A stretch of 63,683 nucleotides of DNA, counting the filler, from Pirum gemmata (taxonomy: Eukaryota), in the NCBI GenBank assembly GCA_002812295.1. It is 23 parts of 23 records of this genome, joined end to end, with 100 filler letters (N's around TTAATTAATTAA, not from the genome) between each part and the next. Parts side by side here need not be neighbours in the genome. Positions count along the whole stretch, not along the records: positions 39,277 to 43,500 come from PDIN01005759.1; positions 43,601 to 46,132 come from PDIN01005760.1; positions 46,233 to 50,080 come from PDIN01005761.1; positions 50,181 to 52,690 come from PDIN01005762.1; positions 52,791 to 55,325 come from PDIN01005763.1; 18 more parts are not named here. One strand, written 5' to 3'. The notes beneath the pieces are model-generated. The model was not told where the DNA came from. It saw only the letters and a list, made by a program, of their open reading frames with translations, and did not search any database. This document shows positions 42,196-52,833 of this stretch, one piece after another. Numbering within the stretch: position 1 is the first letter of the stretch; each line of letters opens with the position of its first letter. A program made the translations under genes and the position numbers.

Positions 42196-43420
42196 CATTA
42201 ATTAATAATATAATATATATTGTATGATTATTACCCTTACCATTACTATTATCATTATCATTAATTATCATCACCAACATAATTATATATATCATTACCA
42301 ATATTATTACCAATATTTATCATTAATTATCATTATCATTATCATTATTATTGTCATTTTTATTTTCTATATTATACATTTTATAATTATCATTAATTAT
42401 TATTATCATTATCATTAAAATTATAATTATAATTACCATTAATAGTATCATCATCATTATCTTTTACTTGGTGCAATTACAGTTATGATCGATCATGATA
42501 AACGCAAAACGGTTTTATTTTTTTAGAATATTATTGTAATTTCTGTTTTTATTGCTATAATATAATTATAATGTTTTAGATCATATACATTCCCCCTCGT
42601 ATTACGCATGTATGATGTAATTAAATTAGTTGGGTATTGTCGTTCTTTATAATTATATTATATTTGCTTTTACCGAAATGACCGAGTTAGTATATATAAT
42701 ATATAATTATATTATATAACGGATGGTTAGGGTTAGGGTTAGAGTTAGGAAGTTAGGGTTAGAGTTAGGGTTAGGGTTAGAGTTAGGGTTAGGGTTAGGG
42801 TTANTAGGGTTAGAGTTAGAGTTAGGGTTAGGGTTAGGGTTAGGGTTAGGGTTAGGGTTAGAGTTAGGGAGTTAGGGTTAGAGTTTTAAAGTTAGAGTTA
42901 GGGTTAGGGTTAGGGTTAAAGTTAGAGTTAGGGTTAGGATTAGGGTTCGGATTAGGGTTATAATTAGGGTTAGGGTTAGGGTTAGACAAAAAGACAACGA
43001 AACTGGTTTACTCTGTTGAAATCGTTTTTGGAGTGAGTGCATAGTGGTGGGGGGAGACTGAGCTGAGGATTTTGGCTCAACCCCAACCCCTCTCCAGTTT
43101 AGGCCGACAATTTTTGACAGAGTTAGCTATAGGGTAAAAGAAAAAACAAGAAAAGTATAATATCATCAACGACACACCACCTAATCACCCTACTCATATT
43201 TACTGATTTAGGAGAAACGGATCCCATCACCAAATCGCTATGTCGTATGAGACATAGGAATTCTGTACAGCATAATAAGTAATAGTTCATGTATACATTA
43301 ATTAAGTTGTAGCATTATTGGTGTATATAGAATCAACTATATATATAATACCATCTAATAGAAACACCCACAAAACCTCTTTTGGTTATTTATATCATAC
43401 AAATTAGTACAATAATTTTT
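39277..43420. repeat. Nested inverted duplications: large palindrome (about 40580-41750 vs 42080-43370) plus a third arm copy at 39277-39545
   Basis: 41095-41345 is the diverged reverse complement of 42450-42692. 40720-40857 is the reverse complement of 39277-39420 and of 43158-43282. Confidence 0.85.
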
Positions 43421-43660
43421 TTTTTAATAGGTGTTTTCCCTTTCTAACTCGATCAAAAATTAATTTTTTGAAAAAAAAAAAAAAAAAGGAGATTGATTGG
43501 NNNNNNNNNNNNNNNNNNNNNNNNNNNNNNNNNNNNNNNNNNNNTTAATTAATTAANNNNNNNNNNNNNNNNNNNNNNNNNNNNNNNNNNNNNNNNNNNN
43601 TATCAGAATATTTTTTAAAAGCCTGATCAGCCAATAATGTTTTAATAATTTTTTTTTACA

Positions 43661-43717
<57 letters not shown>

Positions 43718-44741
43718 CTTTTTTTTTTTGCAGTTTTTTATCTACTATTATAACTTTTTTTTTTCTTTTCTCAGCAAGGGCGTAATGACGTCATGTTTAT
43801 TAACTAAACAAATATTCGAAAAAAATAATTTCAAGCTTTATTTTAATTTAATAATAAATTTGAACTGTTTTTGGTAATATTTTTATCGATATTTTTTATA
43901 GTATGTTGAAAATTACATCATATATCATAAACCTTCACCACCTTCAGTAACCTTCACCTTTTCTTTGAATTCCGAGAACAATGACATATATAGTTATTAA
44001 TAAGATATATGATTGGTTTAAATACTACGCTTTAAATGCAGTTGGTCTTTAATTTGCAACTGTTTAATAGTATAATTGAACTTGTTTATAAAATACATCA
44101 TTAATTAAAAGATACCAAATTATTCTAATTGTATCACTATAATAATAATTTGGTATGTTTATTTCAGTTTTTGAGCTGGTCTAGCTAGTAGTAAGTAGGC
44201 CTAGGTAGCATACTAGGTCTAAGTAGGCCAGGTCTAGCTAGCGGAGGGGTGTGGGGAGGGGTCTACCTAGCTAGGGGTCTACCTGTAGTCGGCGGTAGAG
44301 GCGGTAGACCCTACCATCATAAACTCTATCTATATCGATCTATCGATACTATCGATACGCTACCAGTGAAACTTACCCTCAGGTATAGCTACTAGCTAGC
44401 TAGCTAGCTAGCTAGATTATAGCTACTGGTACTTTTTTTTTTTTGAACTGCCAAGCCGGATAAAAATGGCGACAACCACCATATTAAATTATGGGTTCAA
44501 AAAAAAACCAAAAAATCTCAAAATGACCCAAATTTTGAGAAATCTTATAAGTAAGAAAACTCTATTATGAACCAATGGCCAGATTTTAAAAATAATTTGG
44601 ATAGTTGAAAAAAAAGTCTAAAAAAAATGATTTGTACAGTTTTATCTCTCTAGCAGTTTGGCTGTTAAAAAAAAAAAAAAAAAAAAAAAAATTTTCAAAT
44701 TTTTAAAATTTCAAAAAACCCCAAAAAACCTTTTTGCGCAC

Positions 44742-44772
<31 letters not shown>

Positions 44773-47053
44773 NNNNNNNNNNNNNNNNNNNNNNNNNNNN
44801 NCCTAACCCTATTAACCCTAACCCTAACCCTAACCCTAACCCTAACCCTAACCCTAACCCTAACCCTAACCCTAACCCTAACCCTAACCCTAACCCTTAG
44901 TCTAGTCTATCATAATTACTATTAATTTTAATTAAAAGCTACTAGTCTACTACTAACTAACTATCATAGCTAGCTAGTAGTAGGGCTACAGCAGCTCTAT
45001 GATATTATTTCTTTTTAACTATCATACCAAGCCGGATAAAAATGGTGACATCTGCCGTATGAGATCAAATCCAAAAAATATCAAAATGATCCAATTTTAA
45101 ACAAAGTGCTACCAAAATTTAAGAAATAGTTTAACTAAAAAATTCTATTAAGGACCAATAGCTGGGTTTTAAAAATAATTTGACTAGTTATCATTAAAGA
45201 TTTTGAGAAAAGAAGTCTAACAAAAATGATTTCTACAGTTTTATGCACTTTTATCCGGTTTGGTTGTTAAAAAAAATCGAGATTATAAAAAAATTTATCG
45301 TGCATTTCATTTATTTTGTCACTCTGAATATTTATTTGGAGGGTTATAATATTTAAATTGACATGTTTAAATAAATATGTAGATAATAAAATATACCAAA
45401 TTAAATTAAATGGTTGTATATTGTATTAATTTGGTACTATTTATTGTATATTTTATGATGACAAAACAAATGAAAAGCCCTAGCTAGCTAGTCTAGCTAG
45501 ACTATAATAAAATTTAATCTATCGATAAAGACTGTACTCCCTTTGTGGTAGGTATCATAGCTCTATTAGCTAGCTGATTGAGACGCCTCGAATTATCTCG
45601 AATAGTCTTAGTTAGAAATGGGACTGAGAAAAAAGCTAAACCTAAACTAACCCTAACCCTAACCCCCACCCCCACCCCTAACCCTAATCCTAACCCTAAT
45701 CCTAACCCTAATCCTAACCCTAACCCTAACCCTAACCCTAACCCTAACCCTAACCCTAACACTAACCCTAACTCTAATCCATATTATAACAAAACATGAG
45801 AGTGGTGTAGGTAGNCCCTAACCCTAACCCTAACCCTAACCCTAACCCTAACCCTAACCCTAACCCTAACCCTAACCCAGCTATCAATAGTATCGATAGA
45901 CTATGAACTGATAGGCAGATAGTCGGTAGCTTTAGCTAGCTAGCTAGTATGATAATATGTAATAGTAGTCTACTGGCTAGTGTCATAGTAGTCGGTAGTC
46001 GGTGGGCTGCTAGCTAGCTAGCTAGCTAGGTCGGTACAGTGTCGGTACTCGGTCTAACATGTCATTTTTCAGGTGATTTTCATTTGTTTTGTCACATAAA
46101 ATATACAATAAATAGTACCAAATTAATATAATNNNNNNNNNNNNNNNNNNNNNNNNNNNNNNNNNNNNNNNNNNNNTTAATTAATTAANNNNNNNNNNNN
46201 NNNNNNNNNNNNNNNNNNNNNNNNNNNNNNNNCTAAATTACTATTATTGTGGTCGAATAAATAGTATTAATATATTCGGCTTGTTGAGTATTAAATAAAT
46301 TAATCGAAACTAAAATCAAGGTTTAAGGAGTTTATTCGAATCGTTAAAACCAAAAAATAAACAAAGACAAAGAAAAGACAGCTCACAGCTTATATCACAA
46401 AAGATCAGCTTATATATCACAAAAGATGTGAAAAAGCAAAATAAACTAAACCATATATAATACTAATCACATTGGCTAAACACCACCATGCTGGATATCC
46501 GTCCACTAAGCCCAGTGCCGTCCCGTACTACTTGCAGCTATAATTATAATTATTGTTAAGTTTGTTTCATTATTTTCATTCTTGTTCATGAGTTTTGCTA
46601 CTGTTTTGCTTCATTTTGCTTCACTTTTTTCATTCTTGTTCAGAAACTTGTTGGGTTTAATTACAGTTGCAAACTATATATCATATAAGTTTTTTATTTT
46701 TATATTATTGGGCCTCAAATATAATGATGATAATATTATGTGACATGAAATTAAAATTATATCATTTTTCTTTTTGTTGATTAAGTTCTGGATTTTTTAT
46801 TTCATGATTTATGCGTTATAATTTATGTTTTTATTTTAATTAAAACTTTTTGAGATACACATATACATACACATACACATATTAATATACATACACACAC
46901 CCATACACATACATATACACAAAAACAAATCAACAACCTACAACCTACAACCTACAACCTACAACCTACAACCTACAACCTACAACCTACAACCTACAAC
47001 CTACAACCTACAACCNNNNNNNNNNNNNNNNNNNNNNNNNNNNNNNNNNNNNT

Positions 47054-47359
47054 AATAATAATAATAATAATAATAATAACAATAATAATAATAAAGTAAA
47101 AGACAAAAAAATTGGAGCAAGTGTAAAAGAATCCTCACTTTCTGGTTGTGGTTTTCGTAAGAGAGGGAATTATGTTTATCCTGAAAGTAGTAAGGAAGCT
47201 TTTGAGAGATTTTTGAATTCGTCCAGGGGTGCTGATAGTAGTAGTAGTAGTTGTGGTAGTTTATCTAATAGCAAAACAACAACAACAACAACACCATCTT
47301 CTACAACAAAACCTGTTAGAAGAAAAAGCTTAATGGATGCAATAGGTAGCTTTACTTAA
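47054..47359 (+). CDS. Probable 3' end of a coding exon of an unknown N/S/T-rich protein
   Basis: Open frame after the N gap: N(n)KVKDKKIGASVKESSLSGCGFRKRGNYVYPESSKEAFERFLNSSRGADSSSSSCGSLSNSKTTTTTTPSSTTKPVRRKSLMDAIGSFT*. Composition is coding-like, but no homolog recognised. Confidence 0.4.
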   Translation, partial: NNNNNNNNNNNNNKVKDKKIGASVKESSLSGCGFRKRGNYVYPESSKEAFERFLNSSRGADSSSSSCGSLSNSKTTTTTTPSSTTKPVRRKSLMDAIGSFT

Positions 47360-47737
47360 TTAAAAAGTTATATTATTGTAGTAGTTGTGGTAGTTTACCT
47401 AATAGCAAAACAACAACAACAACAACAACAACAACAGGAGCAGCACCATCTTCTACGACAAAAGCTGTTAGAAGAAAAAGCTTAATGGATGCAATAGGTA
47501 GCTTTACTTAGTTAAAAAGTTATATTATTGTACTAGTTGTGGTAGTTTATCTAATAGCAAAACAACAGAAGAAAAAGCTTAATGGATGAAATAGGTAGCT
47601 TTACTTGATTAAAAGTTATATAGTTGTAGTAGTTGTGGTAGTTTATCTAATAGTAAAACAACTACAACAACAGCAACAACATCACCATGTTAAAAAGTTA
47701 TATTATTTTACTAGTTGTGGTAGTTTATCTAATAACA

Positions 47738-47796
<59 letters not shown>

Positions 47797-48462
47797 CCAT
47801 CTTCTGCGACAAAAACTCTTAGAAGAAAAAGCTTAATGGATGCAATAGGTAGCTTTACTTAATTAAAAAGTTATATTATTGTCATAGTTGTGGTAGTTTA
47901 TCTAATAGCAAAACAACAACAACAACAACAGCAACAACACCATGTTAATAAGTTATATTATTGTACTAGTTGTGGTAGTTTATCTAATAGCAAAACAACA
48001 ACAACAACAACAACAACACCATCTTCTACGACAAAAACTGTTAGAAGAAAAAGCTTAATGGATGCAATAGGTAGCTTTACTTAATTAAAAAGTTATATTA
48101 TTGTAGTAGTTGTGGTAGTTTACCTAATAGCAAAACAACAACAACAACAACAACAACAACAGGAGCAGCACCATCTTCTACGACAAAAGCTGTTAGAAGA
48201 AAAAGCTTAATGGATGCAATAGGTAGCTTTACTTAGTTAAAAAGTTATATTATTGTACTAGTTGTGGTAGTTTATCTAATAGCAAAACAACAGAAGAAAA
48301 AGCTTAATGGATGAAATAGGTAGCTTTACTTGATTAAAAGTTATATAGTTGTAGTAGTTGTGGTAGTTTATCTAATAGTAAAACAACTACAACAACAGCA
48401 ACAACATCACCATGTTAAAAAGTTATATTATTTTACTAGTTGTGGTAGTTTATCTAATAACA

Positions 48463-48521
<59 letters not shown>

Positions 48522-48812
48522 CCATCTTCTGCGACAAAAACTCTTAGAAGAAAAAGCTTAATGGATGCAATAGGTAGCTTTACTTAATTAAAAAGTTATA
48601 TTATTGTCATAGTTGTGGTAGTTTATCTAATAGCAAAACAACAACAACAACAACAGCAACAACACCATGTTAATAAGTTATATTATTGTACTAGTTGTGG
48701 TAGTTTATCTAATAGCAAAACAACAACAACAACAACAACAACACCATCTTCTACGACAAAAACTGTTAGAAGAATAAGCTTAACGGATGCAATTGGTAGC
48801 TTTACTTAATTA
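47240..48812. repeat. Complex tandem repeat (80-150-bp subunits with CAA tracts; 725-bp higher-order duplication)
   Basis: AGAAGAAAAAGCTTAATGGATGCAATAGGTAGCTTTACTT recurs about 9 times. Identical ORFs at 47605 and 48330 are offset by 725 bp. Confidence 0.9.
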
Positions 48813-49239
48813 AAGTTATTTTTTTTTCAATATTAGCCATTATTAAAAATAACATTAGCATTATCGTTATCAATATATTATTATTATTATTGAATAAGGA
48901 TAATGATCTCTCATAATCGTTATCGTTATTATTATTGTCATTATCATTTTCATTTTTCTTTGATTCTGTATTTTAAAATAATAGGGAAATACAGGAAAAA
49001 CCATCGAATCGACACTAGTTCGAAACTTTCGAATTTTTTTGATCTTATTTTAAGTATTGGCTCACTTTTGATTTCATTAAAAAATCTATTTAATAATTAG
49101 GATCGAGCTGTTTGATTCGATTATGTTTTCCCGTATCTCCTAGTTATAATTTCATCCTAGTTATTTTTCATTATCATTATCATTTTCAGAGCAGTGGCCT
49201 GTATTGTATCCTATTTATTTTAAAAATCTTCGTATATGT

Positions 49240-50045
49240 ATTGCAATTACAATATAATTGAAATGTATGGCAATAATACTAAACTAGAATGATAACCTTG
49301 GTAATAATGATTATAACAATAGGAATGACAGTAATTTATGATTAATAATTAATAGTTGCCACCAATGATATTAGTATTTTATTGAAAACAATAGTGTGTA
49401 AACCATTAGTAATAATATCACCCTATTTATTTTGCAAATCTTCATATATGTATTATAATTACAATATAATTGAAATGTATAGCAATAATAATAAACTAGA
49501 ATGATAACCTTAGTAATAATGATAATAACAATAGCAATGGCAGTAATTTATATATATATTGTAACTATTATAATTAATAGTTGTCAAATAGTGTGTAATT
49601 TTGGGTTAAAACCATTAGTAATAATATCACCCTATTTATTTTGCAAATCTTCATATATGTATTACAATTACAATATAATTGAAATGTATAGCAATAATAA
49701 TAAACCAGAATGATAACCTTAGTAATAATGATAATAACAATAGCAATTGCAGTAATTTATATATATGTTGTAACTATTATAATTAATAGTTGTCACTAAT
49801 AACATTAGTAAAAAGATTTATGCACTAACTTCAGAAAATAGTGTGTAATTTTGGGTTAAAACCATTAGTAATAATAGCACCCTATTTATTTTGCAAATTG
49901 AAATGTATAGCAATAATAATAAACTAGAATGATAACCTTAGTAATAATGATAATAGCAATAGCAATTGCAGTAATTTATATATATGTTGTAACTATTATA
50001 ATTAATAGTTGTCACTAATAACATTAGTATTTTATTGAAAACAAT
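49240..50045. repeat. About 210-bp tandem repeat, about 4 diverged copies
   Basis: TTGAAATGTATAGCAATAATAATAAACTAGAATGATAACCTTAGTAATAATG recurs at about 49258, 49469, 49679 and 49898. Confidence 0.85.
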
Positions 50046-50633
50046 ATGATACATTATATATAATTAATCTTACACACCCANNNNNNNNNNNNNNNNNNNN
50101 NNNNNNNNNNNNNNNNNNNNNNNNTTAATTAATTAANNNNNNNNNNNNNNNNNNNNNNNNNNNNNNNNNNNNNNNNNNNNGGTAATCCATTTTCCCACGC
50201 ATTCTAGTTTTTCTTATAGCATATTCTATTAAACATACACACCACCACACCACACTAGCAACTAAGATGATAGAAGTAATAGAACAAACCAACTATCACA
50301 CTAATAGAATAATGATAAGTTAAAAAAAAAAAAATAAAAAAAAACACCTCTTTGAAATTGCGCATGATGAGAAGACAAAGTGATATGCGATGACAAAGTA
50401 ATAGATTATCTCATTTCTCATTTTTACGTGTGTTGGAAAATGGATCACTGAGCGGGAATCGAACCCACGACCAACTCTCTCCAATAACAACAAAAATTGG
50501 ACGCAAAAGCTTACTCAAATACGTTCACAATATATATATATTTGTACATATTATTAGAAAAATTATTGTAAGAATTGTTTTCTAAAATTTCTCTCTTTTT
50601 AATCTTAGCCCTTTTGGATGGGTACAAATAATC

Positions 50634-50798
50634 TAATAGATTATCTCATTTCTTATTTTTACGTGTGTTGGAAAATGGATCACTGAGCGGGAATCGAACC
50701 CACGACCAACTCTCTCCGGGAGTTTGCTCTTGACCACTGAGCTATCAGGTAATCTATTTTCCCACGTATTCTCGTTTTTCTTATAGCATATTCTATTA
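50634..50798. mobile_element. 165-bp TIR-bounded element with a tRNA-like core; partial copies at 50181-50231 and 50399-50482
   Basis: Ends are TAATAGATTAT...ATATTCTATTA. Inner inverted repeats TACGTG..GGAAAATGGATCAC and GTAATCTATTTTCC.CACGTA enclose the cloverleaf. Confidence 0.65.
50676..50756 (-). ncRNA. tRNA-like sequence (pseudo-tRNA or tRNA-derived element head); anticodon position reads GGA
   Basis: The minus strand has A box TAGCTCAGTGG, D stem GCTC/GAGC, anticodon stem AACTC/GAGTT with 7-nt loop CCGGAGA, short variable loop GGTC and T arm GTGGG-TTCGATT-CCCGC. The acceptor stem is bulged, and position 33 is C rather than U. Confidence 0.7.
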
Positions 50799-51018
50799 TA
50801 ATCAGGGTGATTTTTCAACCATGGGGTATTTTCGTCATCCATGCTGGGGTAATTTCACATTATCTGGTAAAACCCCAAAAGTTCCCCACAGAAAAACATT
50901 TCAAACATTACATCATTTGTCCTTCTCATATTATTTTTCTTACATCATTTTTCCTTCTCATATTGTTTTTTTTACATCATTTGTCCTTGTTATCATGAGC
51001 AATTTCAAAGAGGTTTTT

Positions 51019-51917
51019 GTTGAAATAGACTATGGATAGAGGCCTATAGATAGACCATGAAACGATGGCATCACGAATGACGATAATAACAGAATGACAG
51101 AGTATTCCATTAATATTATTATTATTATCATTCCTCTATTCATCATCATCATTAATAATATTAATTACACTAAGATTATAATCAATACCATTATCATTAT
51201 CATTATCATTATCATTATCATTATCATTATCACCTTTATTATTTTTAACATCATTGTTATTATTATTAATTTTATTATCATCATAATTAATTATCATTAT
51301 CATCATTATTCTTAATATCACTATTATTATTATAAATATCGTTATTATTATTATTACTATTATCATTATCATTATCATCATCATTATTATTTATTAATAT
51401 AATTATTATTGTTATTATAATTATTATAATTATAGTCATCATCATCATTATTAATATTATCAATATTATAATTAGTATTATTGCTGTTATAATTATAATT
51501 ATCATCATTATTTNTTATAATTATAATTATCATCATTATTTTAATCATAATAATAAACATCATTATTATCAGTCTTATTATTACTATTATCATCATCATT
51601 AGTATTATTATAATTTTTGTCAATACCATTTCCATTATTATCATCACTATATTTATAATTATTATTATAATCATATTCACTAATAATACTATTATTATTT
51701 TATAATAAACATTATCCATATCATCATTTTCATTATCATCATCATCATCACCATCAAAACTGTCAACATCATTACCAATAATATATGACCCTAATCATCA
51801 TTTTTATAATCATATTATCACCATTATATAATATTATATCGTCATTCAGTTATTATCGTCATTCGTGATGTCATCGTTTCGTAGTCTTACTATAGTCTAT
51901 CTATAGTCTATTTCAAC
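51019..51917. mobile_element. Element with about 80-bp imperfect TIRs enclosing about 740 bp of ATT/ATC microsatellite
   Basis: GTTGAAATAGACTAT...GAAACGATGGCATCACGAATGACGATAATAACAGAATGAC (51019-51098) is mirrored at 51841-51917. Confidence 0.75.
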
Positions 51918-52690
51918 ATGGTTGTTGTGCGCTGATTGTTTGATGAGTTTTAAAAAATGTGGTTGCCATTCATTAGGGTGCTTATTTTTGTGTTAATTGG
52001 GTTAATTGGTATTTGAAGTGGGTTTATAACGTTCTCTATGTATTGTTGTTGGTATATTTTCGTACGGGTGTCACTTTGCTGTATTACCATTCTGATTATG
52101 TTTCAATAGGTACTGCTTGTTGATGGCGTTTATCAGTGTAGTGTCTGGTCAACATTTGTATACGTCGTCTACATATAATCCTACTGCTGTGTTGCCATCA
52201 GGAGATATCGCTATGCATGATTCCACTGGGTGTATGGTATAATTGAGTTGTCGTATTACGTTACGTGTGCGTGTTGCTTCACGGGGTAGTACCGGGAATA
52301 AGTGATCCCTGGTCGTTTCGACGTATCGTATGATTCCGATGTACATTAGAAATAATTTGAGTAATCGTTTGGATACGTGGTGGTTGTTGTGTGCTGATTG
52401 TTTGATGAGTTTTACAAATGTGGTTGCCATTGGGGTGCTTATTTTTGTGTTAATTGGTATTCGAAGTTGTTTTATAACGTTCTGTATGTATTGTTGCTGG
52501 TGTATTTTCGTATGGGTCTCACTTTGCTTTATTTCCATGCCGATTATGACCTCCTAAGTGTTTTAGTGGGTACTGTTTGTTGATGGCGTCTATCAGTGTA
52601 GTGTCTGGTCCACATTTATATACGTCGTCTACATACAATCCTACTGCCGTTTTGCCATCGGGTGATATCGCTATGCATGATTCTACTGGG
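51918..52690 (-). pseudogene. Ty1/copia reverse transcriptase relic, tandemly duplicated fragment
   Basis: Reads PVESCIAISPDGKTAVGLYVDDVYKCGPD...QYPLKHLG, then after a frameshift IIGMEIKQ...IHQQQYIQNV...STPM. This is the YVDD, K.LG, GMEI, Q..YI, TPM order of copia RT. The second copy (about 51918-52240) has stops and indels. Confidence 0.85.
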
Positions 52691-52790
52691 NNNNNNNNNN
52701 NNNNNNNNNNNNNNNNNNNNNNNNNNNNNNNNNNTTAATTAATTAANNNNNNNNNNNNNNNNNNNNNNNNNNNNNNNNNNNNNNNNNNNN

Positions 52791-52821
<31 letters not shown>

Positions 52822-52833
52822 GTAATAGTAAAT

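Noticed and set aside
50676..50756. Functional tRNA-Ser(GGA) gene
   Set aside because: It has C33, no long variable arm and a bulged acceptor stem. It is kept only as tRNA-like.
50633..50842. 69-aa ORF MDDENTPWLKNHPDY...
   Set aside because: It overlaps the tRNA-like TIR element, which explains the sequence better.
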